A stretch of DNA of 64,000 nucleotides from Eubacterium sp. UBA3279. GTDB taxonomy: Bacteria; Bacillota; Clostridia; Lachnospirales; Lachnospiraceae. The DNA lies in assembly GCA_002361775.1 (NCBI GenBank), contig DETV01000048.1:2186-66185 (forward strand), in the 5' to 3' direction. Positions 25,946 to 34,045 of this stretch are shown piece after piece. The position numbers were made by a program, and so were the translations under genes. Every line of letters starts with the position of its first letter. Positions within the stretch are counted from its first letter, which is position 1. The notes beneath the pieces were generated by a model, which was given only the letters and a program-made list of their open reading frames with translations, had not been told where the DNA came from and ran no database searches.

Positions 25946-26626
25946 TTAGCAGTAGCCGATATAGATTTCATATTCCGTATCGGATACCTTTTCTGCCCAT
26001 ACCCATACTGCGGTAAATCCTTCCACATTTTTGTATCTGTTCAGCCTGCTTTGAATATCGTCCTTAATGCCTGTGCGTTTGGCATTGGCAGTGATAGGAT
26101 TATCCCAACAATCCGTAGCAGTACTGTCCAACTCCAAACCGATACTTTGAGCATAATTCTTAGCATAACTCACATAAGGATTAACATCAAAGCTCGGCTT
26201 TACTTCTTCCGTCGGTTTTGACTGCGTGGGTTTCACTTCTTCCTTAACCGTCGGTGTTTCCGGCTTTGACTGCGGTTGTTGCTGTGGCTGCTCCTGTTCT
26301 TGAATACTGTCAGGCTTTTTCGTTACTTGAACGGATTCATAGCTTTTTGCAGTTTCCGCCCTACTACCTGCCGTAGAAGAAACACCCGACTTTTCCTGCT
26401 GATTCGGCTCTGTTGCTGCTTCACTTGATACCGGTTGCTCCGTCTCGGGAACATCACTTGTATCATCTGCTTTTTCTGTTTCGGTCGTTGTTTCGGTATT
26501 ACCTGCCGTAGAAGAAATCCTTTTATCCGTGTCATTTCGTGCGGTTTCTTTGGCTGTGTTACCGTTACATCCAGCAAGCAAAATCATCAAGCAGGCAATC
26601 ATACAAACCATCCATTTCTTTTTCAT
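25946..26626 (-). CDS. Lipoprotein of unknown function
   Basis: Lipobox LLAGC, low-complexity T/E/Q/P linker, compact C-terminal domain. Confidence 0.8.
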   Translation of the reverse strand: MKKKWMVCMIACLMILLAGCNGNTAKETARNDTDKRISSTAGNTETTTETEKADDTSDVPETEQPVSSEAATEPNQQEKSGVSSTAGSRAETAKSYESVQVTKKPDSIQEQEQPQQQPQSKPETPTVKEEVKPTQSKPTEEVKPSFDVNPYVSYAKNYAQSIGLELDSTATDCWDNPITANAKRTGIKDDIQSRLNRYKNVEGFTAVWVWAEKVSDTEYEIYIGYC

Positions 26627-26866
26627 AAGCTATCATTCCTTTCGCCTTAATCGTAATCAATCGGGCGAAAAACAGCAAAGGTGCGAATATCCAAACTTTT
26701 AATCGTATCAGACATTTTATTTGCACTTCAAATGTGCGAACCCTTTATTAGACAGCTATAAGTTATGAGAGATAGTTATATTCAAGTGAGATAGAATATA
26801 TATTTTCAGCACGTAAACAGTAGGTATTAGGGGGTAGAGTGTGAGAAGGGGGAGTAACAAAATCGG

Positions 26867-27799
26867 CTATCTGCTGTCACGGTCTGCCCGTTGCCTGAGA
26901 TACTTGTTATAATGCTCCAATGCCTTGCACACGAAATCCTCCGTTTGGCTGATTGGAATATTCTTCGGGATGAGTTGTCGCACTCTGTCTCCCCTTAACA
27001 CAATCTTCTCTTTCTGGTTCGGCTTTTCCTCCGACATAATGGCTTGGATAGCTTCAGTTGTGAGTTTGCCCTCATCGAAAAACTTACGCATACGAATAGT
27101 CTGGTCGTGAGAGGGAGTTGCGTCGTTCATATCAATCTCGTCAACTACATCACGCTGACAATCTTCGTCAAGATACGAAAGCTCCACCGCCGGTCGCATT
27201 TTAATTCGCCCCTCATCAACAAATTCAAGCAGTTCGGGAACAAGGTTTGTAAGGCGAACATAACGCTGGATTTGCGTTTTACTATCAGCAGAATTTTCTG
27301 CAATTTGTTCCACCGAGAACTTCTGACCCACTGGGGCAGAAGTTAAATCAGAACGAAATCCTTGCCTTTTCATAGCGTCCAAACGCATTTTGTAGGCATA
27401 GGCTTTTTCAGAGGGAAGTATCTGTGACCTTTGGAAATTACTTTCCACCATTAGAATTGTGGCTTCATCTCTATTAAGGTCAACAACCTCACATCTTAGC
27501 GTTTCAAAACCGGCAAGTTCGCTTGCTCGTTTTCGTCTGTGACCGGATACGAGTTCATATCTTCCGTCCTCTTTCTGCCTTACCGTTGCCGGAGTAATCA
27601 CTCCACGCTCCTTGATACTCTCGACAAGCTGTTGCATATCTTCATCGTCCCTGACCTTGAACGGGTGATCTGGGAAATCGTCAATCAGCTCTAATGGAAT
27701 ATCTCGGATTTTAGAAAGTCTTTCTTCCTCTCTCTGTGCCTGCGTTGTAAAAAGGTCATCGAGTCTCGTGAGAGTGAAGTCGCTCTTTCTTCCTGCCAT
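26867..27799 (-). CDS. parB: ParB/RepB/Spo0J partition protein
   Basis: FPDHPFKV, YELVSGHRRKRA arginine patch, HTH region. Confidence 0.9.
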   Translation of the reverse strand: MAGRKSDFTLTRLDDLFTTQAQREEERLSKIRDIPLELIDDFPDHPFKVRDDEDMQQLVESIKERGVITPATVRQKEDGRYELVSGHRRKRASELAGFETLRCEVVDLNRDEATILMVESNFQRSQILPSEKAYAYKMRLDAMKRQGFRSDLTSAPVGQKFSVEQIAENSADSKTQIQRYVRLTNLVPELLEFVDEGRIKMRPAVELSYLDEDCQRDVVDEIDMNDATPSHDQTIRMRKFFDEGKLTTEAIQAIMSEEKPNQKEKIVLRGDRVRQLIPKNIPISQTEDFVCKALEHYNKYLRQRADRDSR

Positions 27800-28580
27800 C
27801 GGCTAACACCTCCTTCGTAAATTCGGTGTATGCCTTTGACACCGTACTGTTTGGCTCATAAGCAAAAATGCTCTTTCCTTTGGAAGAAGTTTCTGCGGCT
27901 TTTACAGCAATCGGAATAGATGTGCGATACAGCTTAATCTGATTTCCGAAATTCTCCCGCAATGCTTCCACCGTACTTTTGGCGAGGTTTGTGCGGTTAT
28001 CCACCAAAGTGAGAAGCATACCGTCTATCTTAATGTCCTGATTGATATACTTCTTGACTTTTGAAATGGTCTGCACAAGCTGGGTCATACCCTTAGCCGG
28101 CAAATACTGTGCCTGCACCGGAACAATCACGCTGTCTGCCGCAGATAGAGCATTAAGTGTTACCATACTCAGTGAGGGCATACAGTCAATCAGAACAAAA
28201 TCATATCTGTCTTTGACCTGACTTAAATAATTCCTCAAAGTGGTTTCTCTGCTCATAGCGTTCATCAGGTTATATTCCATCGCCGAAAGTTCAAGGTTTG
28301 CCGGTAAAAGGTCAACGCCTTCCTCGTGGTGTAGAATACCGTCTGTCGGGTCATTCATCGTTTCACTAATCACATCTGTAAGTTTCGTTGCAAGCGTGAT
28401 ACCCAAATTGTCTGTATCTCTCCAACCGAGACAGGTGGTTAAATCTCCCTGTGGGTCTGCGTCAATGAGCAAGACTTTCTTACCCTGCATTGCAAGCCCA
28501 ACACCAAGATTAACCGTTGTCGTTGTCTTTCCGACTCCGCCTTTTTGATTGCATATGGCAATCGTTTTGCAGTTTGACAC
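27756..28580 (-). CDS. parA: ParA/Soj ATPase
   Basis: NQKGGVGKTTT deviant Walker A, IDADPQG, LIDCMPSL. Confidence 0.92.
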   Translation of the reverse strand: MSNCKTIAICNQKGGVGKTTTTVNLGVGLAMQGKKVLLIDADPQGDLTTCLGWRDTDNLGITLATKLTDVISETMNDPTDGILHHEEGVDLLPANLELSAMEYNLMNAMSRETTLRNYLSQVKDRYDFVLIDCMPSLSMVTLNALSAADSVIVPVQAQYLPAKGMTQLVQTISKVKKYINQDIKIDGMLLTLVDNRTNLAKSTVEALRENFGNQIKLYRTSIPIAVKAAETSSKGKSIFAYEPNSTVSKAYTEFTKEVLADGRKKERLHSHETR

Positions 28581-28599
28581 TTCTTGCCTCCTCCTTTCA

Positions 28600-28955
28600 A
28601 TTTATTCATAGCCAATAAAAACGGCTATGTACTTGACCGTTTCATTTCCTAAACGGTCGTGGCAATATTTATTCTCAATATCCCTTGCCAAGCATATCGC
28701 TTTCGGGAAGTCGTTAAGGAACAGGCTGCTTATCTGTATCATAGGAATCTAACCTCTGCCGGGTACTCCGCCAGCTCCGTAGAGAAGTATCATTATCTTT
28801 CTGACCGTCATCGCCATATCGGTTGCAATCCGATACTCATAGCAGGAGTTCTCGCTGTTCTGAAATTTCAGAAGTTTCGGCGTACCTACTAAAGTGGCTA
28901 TCATCAGAATTAAAGTCTTAACGACCTGTGTATTCAGTTGTCAAAGAACAAGTGA
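28600..28955 (-). ncRNA. Candidate structured 5' leader RNA of the parA-to-transfer operon
   Basis: Stems at 28607-29, 28635-58, 28660-90, 28817-35, 28858-73; long-range 28710-18/28917-25; G-U extensions favour the minus strand. Confidence 0.45.
28932..28951 (-). promoter_or_regulatory. boxA-like antitermination element
   Basis: Minus TTGTTCTTTGACAACTGAAT resembles rrn boxA (E. coli TGCTCTTTAACAA; Firmicutes GTTCTTTGAAAAC). Confidence 0.55.
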
Positions 28956-28986
28956 AAAGGCTTCCGTTTTCATTATCAGGAATTAA

Positions 28987-29026
28987 CCCCTTCACTCATT
29001 GCACAAAAGGCTTCATTTTGGACACC
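28987..29026 (-). promoter_or_regulatory. Candidate alternative-sigma promoter
   Basis: Minus GGTGTCC...GTGAAGGGG preceded by A/T tracts, directly downstream of a terminator; inference only. Confidence 0.3.
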
Positions 29027-29073
29027 CAAAATCGCTTCTTTTCCGAAAAAAATTTCAAAAAATTTTTGACAAC

Positions 29074-29110
29074 AAAAAAAGCCGCCTGTTTCGGTTAAAA
29101 AACAGACGGC
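29074..29110 (-). terminator. Intrinsic terminator
   Basis: GCCGTCTGTTT-loop-AAACAGGCGGC then T7. Confidence 0.85.
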
Positions 29111-29124
29111 ATAAATGCTTGAAA

Positions 29125-29298
29125 TTATTTGATTTTCAGTTTCTTTTTCCTTGCGGACAGCACTTTCAGAAGAACTTCATCTACTGCGTCGGTGTATCTT
29201 CCTTGTACTATGAGGTTGTTTTTCAGATTGATAAGCGACTGTATCACTCTGCTTTGCTCATCATCGGTTAGATAAATGTGATATTTCTTTTCTCTCAT
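29125..29298 (-). CDS. Small conserved ICE protein (57 aa), paralogue of 7599..7802
   Basis: MREKKYHIYLTDDEQSRVIQSLINLKNNLIVQGRYTDAVDEVLLKVLSARKKKLKIK; GGAGG RBS, ATGA overlap; missed by ORF track. Confidence 0.75.
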   Translation of the reverse strand: MREKKYHIYLTDDEQSRVIQSLINLKNNLIVQGRYTDAVDEVLLKVLSARKKKLKIK

Positions 29299-30683
29299 CG
29301 GCTGTTCCTCCAGTTCTTAAATATTTTCCTGATTATCTTAACATCTTCTTCTGTATCGGAAGATATAAATATATGTACGCTCTGAAATGCTGCTTTGATA
29401 CGCTGTGCATATTCGGGTTCCGCTTCGTTTGGCTTCATCGGCAACTTAATGAGTTTGATTCCACGTTGTTTACAGAGATGTTCCTTTAGTATATCTATCT
29501 TCTCCGAGTCCGTATTCACTTGAATGGCAACCTGCTCCAGTGGAATATATACATCAAGTGGAATGCCGAATAACCTATCAGAGCCAAGTTCCACTTTCAA
29601 GCCTTTCAAATTGGCATAATAACTGATTGCAAGAGCCGGGAACAACGACAGATACTCCTGCTCACATATTCTGCACCCTTTTCCGAGAGCAGTACGCTCG
29701 TTTATCTTCATACTCCAAGAATGACCGTATCTGCATTGCCACCATGCTCTCTTTGCCGAATTTCTTGAAACTTCTGTCGGTTTTAACTTGTTTAATTCAT
29801 AATCCCACTCAACAAGCAGTTCTCTATCAGTTGTTGCAAGGTCATTGTATCCTGCAAGCACTTCTCGCTCTGCACAGACAGGGCAAACCGTTCCTTTCAC
29901 ACGAGCATTTATAACTGATTTCCACTCGTTTCCACATTTTCTGCAATGCCACCATACATTTTTCCTCGACTTTGCATTGACTTCATCCGGTTGCAGAGGA
30001 TAGTTTTTCTCTGACCATTCTTTGCCTATCTGTGGGTGTGTACTTTTTAGGTCATTCTTGCCTTTTATAAATGTATAGCCACTGCAACAGGGACATTTAC
30101 TGCCACCTGAGCGTGTAGAGATAAGCGTATTCCATTCATAACCGCAGGTATTGCACTTCCACCAAGCCTTGCTGTTTGCAAACGCCATAACTTCGGTAGG
30201 CTTCTTTTCATTCTTATCAGACCATTCGTCTGCAACTTCCGGGAACAGGGTTGCAAGGTCGTTAAATCCTGCAAGCACTTTGTTATGGGAGCAGTACGGG
30301 CAACCTGTTTTGTTGATGGTTCTACTCTTTACAGTGGCTATCCATTCGTGTCCTAATTTACACTTCCATATCACTTTCTTGTGTGAGCCGATAGATACAT
30401 CTGTCGGCTTGATTTCATTTTTCTCTGACCACTCCGAAGCCAATTCCGGCTTCAATGTACTTAAATCGTTAATTCCCTCAATCACTCTCGCACCGGAGCA
30501 TATGGGGCATTTCTCGCCACTGGAACGAGCCTTTATACTTGTTTCCCATTCGTGACCGCAAGCACCTTTCCACCATACTTTCTTATTCGAGCCGAAAGTC
30601 ACACTGTCTGGTGTCAGCGGTAAATTCCTGTCCGACCATTCTGCAATCAGTTCGGGATGTACTGCCGCTAAACTGTTACTCAT
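29295..30683 (-). CDS. Tandem treble-clef zinc-ribbon repeat protein (DUF4379-like) with degenerate nuclease-like C-terminus
   Basis: Five ~65-aa repeats P....EW...N...P..V...S..K.WW.C..GHEW......R.....CP.C. Confidence 0.8.
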   Translation of the reverse strand: MSNSLAAVHPELIAEWSDRNLPLTPDSVTFGSNKKVWWKGACGHEWETSIKARSSGEKCPICSGARVIEGINDLSTLKPELASEWSEKNEIKPTDVSIGSHKKVIWKCKLGHEWIATVKSRTINKTGCPYCSHNKVLAGFNDLATLFPEVADEWSDKNEKKPTEVMAFANSKAWWKCNTCGYEWNTLISTRSGGSKCPCCSGYTFIKGKNDLKSTHPQIGKEWSEKNYPLQPDEVNAKSRKNVWWHCRKCGNEWKSVINARVKGTVCPVCAEREVLAGYNDLATTDRELLVEWDYELNKLKPTEVSRNSAKRAWWQCRYGHSWSMKINERTALGKGCRICEQEYLSLFPALAISYYANLKGLKVELGSDRLFGIPLDVYIPLEQVAIQVNTDSEKIDILKEHLCKQRGIKLIKLPMKPNEAEPEYAQRIKAAFQSVHIFISSDTEEDVKIIRKIFKNWRNSR

Positions 30684-30762
30684 ATCAAAACCTCCACTTC
30701 CTCTGTGATTAAAGTATATGAAGTTTCGGATTTTTCTTGTAGTTTGCGAATGTAGGTAAAAT

Positions 30763-30807
30763 TAAAAAAGCCCTTTGAGAAAAGATTTCTCCTCGCTCAA
30801 AGGGCTT
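30763..30807 (-). terminator. Intrinsic terminator
   Basis: AAGCCCTTTGAG/CTCAAAGGGCTT 12-bp stem, T-run on minus strand. Confidence 0.85.
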
Positions 30808-30850
30808 GATAAATTGGAAGTTGTCACTTTCCTGTACTTATAATTTTTCA

Positions 30851-31303
30851 TCAAAGTGGTTGCATCATCTCAAGAATGATTCCATCCGGGTCTCTGAAAT
30901 AAAAAGCTCTGCTTTCCCCAAATCCATCTGCCCTAAAGTCGAAATACTGCGGTTCAGACAAGCACTCCACATGATTTTCGATAAGGGTTTTGTAAACAGA
31001 ATCAATGTCATCCGTGTAAAAGCATACTTCTGAGATAGATGTCGTAAACAAGTCTGATTGTTCTTTATGGATTTTGCTGTCTACAAACTGAATCAATTCA
31101 ATCGGTGGTGCTTCAAGAGCCTTCGAACCATTCAAATATGCAACCCTTGCTTTACAATTTTCCTTACGGAACATTTTATCTGTCTCTTCGCCTTCCATAA
31201 AGATTTCGCCCTGAAATTCAAGCCCAAGAATATCTCTGTAGAAAGCAATCGAGCGATCCAAATCAGAAACGGTTAATCCAACGTGATAAATTCTTCCAAC
31301 CAT
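30851..31303 (-). CDS. VOC / glyoxalase family protein
   Basis: YHVGLTVSDLDRSIAFYRDILGL; FYFRDPDGIILEM. Confidence 0.88.
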   Translation of the reverse strand: MVGRIYHVGLTVSDLDRSIAFYRDILGLEFQGEIFMEGEETDKMFRKENCKARVAYLNGSKALEAPPIELIQFVDSKIHKEQSDLFTTSISEVCFYTDDIDSVYKTLIENHVECLSEPQYFDFRADGFGESRAFYFRDPDGIILEMMQPL

Positions 31304-31344
31304 ATATACTCCTCCTGTAAATTTCGATATGTATTTTTGTTTGT

Positions 31345-31380
31345 TTTAAAAGTGGGCAATCCCGATTGGAATTGCCCACT
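31345..31380 (-). terminator. Terminator-like hairpin downstream of lysS
   Basis: AGTGGGCAAT/ATTGCCCACT 10-bp stem then TTTAAAA. Confidence 0.6.
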
Positions 31381-31429
31381 CATTGCACTAATTATGCGAT
31401 TTTTAAGGCTCTGCACCGTTTCAAGCACC

Positions 31430-31458
31430 ATTTGGTGTAAATTTGGTGTATTTGTGTA
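31430..31458. repeat. Tandem ATTTGGTGTA direct repeats (integrase arm-site-like)
   Basis: Copies at 31430-39, 31441-50, partial 31451-58; another exact copy at 31911-20. Confidence 0.6.
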
Positions 31459-31517
31459 TTTTCAGAGCTTTTTCACAAATGAAGTACATCCCGTTTTATA
31501 GGGTAAAACGGTACTTC

Positions 31518-33449
31518 TTAGTAGAGCTTTGCACCTGCCGGGATTCTGTCATCTACCATCAGAAGGTTCAGTCCTTCGTGACCGTCTTCCTCGTGTACGG
31601 CTGAAATCAGCATACCCTCAGAGTCAATGCCCATCATCTTTCTCGGTGGCAGGTTCACGATAGCGATTGCTGTCTTACCAACCAGTTCTTCCGGCTCATA
31701 ATAGTCGTGAATACCGCTTAAAATCACACGGTCTTTGCGTTCTCCGTCATCTAATGTAAACTTCAGAAGCTTCTTTGACTTCGGTACTGCTTCACAAGCT
31801 AAAATCTTAACTGCTCTGAAATCAGACTTACTGAATGTATCGAAATCTACCATTTCTTCAAAGATTGGCTCAATCTTCACATTAGAGAAATCAATTTTTT
31901 CTGGCTCTGAATTTGGTGTAGAAACCTCTTTAGAACTTACACCATTTTCGGATTTTACAGCACCGATGGTCTTCATTGTCGGGAACGCCAGAACGTCACG
32001 GATTGCTGCAGAATCTGTCAACAGCATTACCATACGGTCAATACCGAATCCAATTCCACCTGTAGGCGGCATACCGATCTCCAGCGCATTCAGGAAATCT
32101 TCATCTGTAGTATTGGCTTCTTCGTCTCCCTGAGCAAGCAGTTCTTCCTGTGCTTTAAAACGGGCTCTCTGGTCAATCGGATCATTCAGCTCGGAATAAG
32201 CATTTGCCATCTCCCATCCGTTCATGAAGAACTCAAAACGCTCTGTATATTCAGGATTTTCCGGTTTTTTCTTTGTCAGAGGAGAAATCTCAATCGGGTG
32301 ATCCATAACAAAGGTAGGCTGAATCAGATGTTCTTCTGCAAATTCTTCAAAGAACAGGGCAAGAATATCGCCTTTTTTATGACGTTCTTCATACTCTACA
32401 TTATGTTCTTTTGCTGCAGCTCTTGCTTCTTTCAGAGTGTGAATTTCATTGAAATCAACACCTGCATATTTCTTAACTGCATCTACCATAGTGATTCTTT
32501 CAAATGGTTTTCCCAGATCCATTTCAATTCCGTTATATACGATCTTAGTTGTTCCCAGAACTTCCTGAGCCACATAACGATACAGATTTTCTGTAAGATC
32601 CATCATTCCATTATAGTCTGTATAAGCCTGGTACAGCTCCATCAGTGTAAATTCCGGATTATGTCTTGTATCAAGTCCTTCGTTACGGAATACACGGCCA
32701 ATCTCATAAACTCTTTCCAGACCTCCTACGATCAGTCTCTTCAGATATAATTCCAGAGAAATACGCAGTTTCAGATCTTCATTCAATGCGTTAAAATGTG
32801 TTTCAAATGGTCTTGCTGCTGCACCGCCGGCATTTGCTACCAACATAGGAGTTTCCACTTCCATAAATCCCTGAGTATCCAGGTATTTACGGATAGCGCT
32901 GATAATTTTGGAACGTTTGATAAAGGTATCTTTAACTTCCGGATTCATAATCAGATCCACATATCTTTGACGATAACGGATATCTGTATTCGTCAGTCCG
33001 TGGAACTTCTCAGGAAGTACCTGCAGACTCTTGGAAAGCAGAGTCACAGCAGATGCATGAATGGAAATTTCTCCGGTTTTGGTTTTGAAAACTTCTCCGG
33101 TAATACCAACAATATCGCCAATATCCATTTTCTTAAATGCTTTGTATTCCTCTTCTCCAATGCTGTCTCTTGCCACATAAGACTGAATATTTCCCTTCAG
33201 ATCCTGCACATTGCAGAAAGAAGCTTTACCCATCACACGTTTGGACATCATACGGCCTGCGATAGAAACGCTTTTACCCTCATAAGCCTCAAAATCATCT
33301 TTCAATTCTGTGCTGTGATTGGTAACATCATATTTTGTAATTTGAAACGGGTCTTTTCCGTTTTCCTGGAGTTCTGCCAGTTTCTCCCGGCGCACCTTCA
33401 ATAACTGATTAATATCCTGTTCCTGAACCTGCTTCTTCTGTTCTGCCAC
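31518..33449 (-). CDS. lysS: Lysyl-tRNA synthetase (class II) with C-terminal tRNA-binding (Trbp111/MetG-C-like) domain
   Basis: OB-fold, [39 protein letters not shown]; tail SGIHDYY..LVGK...[10 protein letters not shown]; GTG 33449 after AAGGAG. Confidence 0.97.
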   Translation of the reverse strand: MAEQKKQVQEQDINQLLKVRREKLAELQENGKDPFQITKYDVTNHSTELKDDFEAYEGKSVSIAGRMMSKRVMGKASFCNVQDLKGNIQSYVARDSIGEEEYKAFKKMDIGDIVGITGEVFKTKTGEISIHASAVTLLSKSLQVLPEKFHGLTNTDIRYRQRYVDLIMNPEVKDTFIKRSKIISAIRKYLDTQGFMEVETPMLVANAGGAAARPFETHFNALNEDLKLRISLELYLKRLIVGGLERVYEIGRVFRNEGLDTRHNPEFTLMELYQAYTDYNGMMDLTENLYRYVAQEVLGTTKIVYNGIEMDLGKPFERITMVDAVKKYAGVDFNEIHTLKEARAAAKEHNVEYEERHKKGDILALFFEEFAEEHLIQPTFVMDHPIEISPLTKKKPENPEYTERFEFFMNGWEMANAYSELNDPIDQRARFKAQEELLAQGDEEANTTDEDFLNALEIGMPPTGGIGFGIDRMVMLLTDSAAIRDVLAFPTMKTIGAVKSENGVSSKEVSTPNSEPEKIDFSNVKIEPIFEEMVDFDTFSKSDFRAVKILACEAVPKSKKLLKFTLDDGERKDRVILSGIHDYYEPEELVGKTAIAIVNLPPRKMMGIDSEGMLISAVHEEDGHEGLNLLMVDDRIPAGAKLY

Positions 33450-33472
33450 CTTTTTCACTCCTTATCTTTAAA

Positions 33473-33958
33473 TTAAATATTTCTCTCAATTTTCAGTACT
33501 TTATACTGCATCACATCACCGTCAGCCATTTCCACATCTACCACGTCTCCCTGTTTTGCGCCGATGAGTGCTTTTCCCACAGGAGATTCATTGGAAATTT
33601 TACCCTGGAGACTGTTGGCTTCTGTAGAACCTACCAACTGGAATTCCATTTCTTCGTCATATTCCATATCCAGAACTTTAACTTTACATCCCACATTGAT
33701 TTTTTCATAATCTACTTCGTCTTCTACAACAACTTCTGCATTTTTCAAAATCTTTTCGATTTCTTCGATACGCGCCTCGATATCTCTCTGTTCATCTTTC
33801 GCTGCATCATACTCTGCATTCTCAGACAGGTCACCCTGTTCTCTTGCTTCTTTAATTTTATCTGCAACTTCTTTTCTTTTTACTACCTTCAAGTCATGCA
33901 GTTCATCTTCCAGTTTTTTCAGACCTGCATATGTGAGAATATTTTTCTTAGCTTCCAT
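33473..33958 (-). CDS. greA: Transcription elongation factor GreA
   Basis: GDLSENAEYDAAK, ISNESPVGKALIG. Confidence 0.97.
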   Translation of the reverse strand: MEAKKNILTYAGLKKLEDELHDLKVVKRKEVADKIKEAREQGDLSENAEYDAAKDEQRDIEARIEEIEKILKNAEVVVEDEVDYEKINVGCKVKVLDMEYDEEMEFQLVGSTEANSLQGKISNESPVGKALIGAKQGDVVDVEMADGDVMQYKVLKIERNI

Positions 33959-34045
33959 TTTTGCTCCATCCCTTTCTGAATATCTCTCTATATTATCATC
34001 CTGTGTATAAAAATTCTGCTGTATTTATGTCATAACAATCACTGT

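Larger units (their letters stand above)
1..31975 (-). mobile_element. Integrative conjugative element (Firmicutes, VirB4/VirD4/MOBP type; partial, continues left of window), right boundary probably within lysS 3' region
   Basis: Co-oriented T4SS, relaxase, coupling protein, ParAB and adhesin genes; switch to housekeeping genes at lysS; repeats and codon shift near the lysS FPTMK codons. Boundary inferred. Confidence 0.88.

Noticed and set aside
28659-28892. 77-aa plus-strand ORF in the parA leader
   Set aside because: No RBS or motif; the region is better explained as structured RNA
28700-29075. Frpo-type ssDNA promoter
   Set aside because: The partners of the -35-like and -10-like segments lie on opposite sides, so they cannot form one colinear stem
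33959-34045. T-box riboswitch for lysS
   Set aside because: The leader is only ~85 nt and lacks T-box motifs
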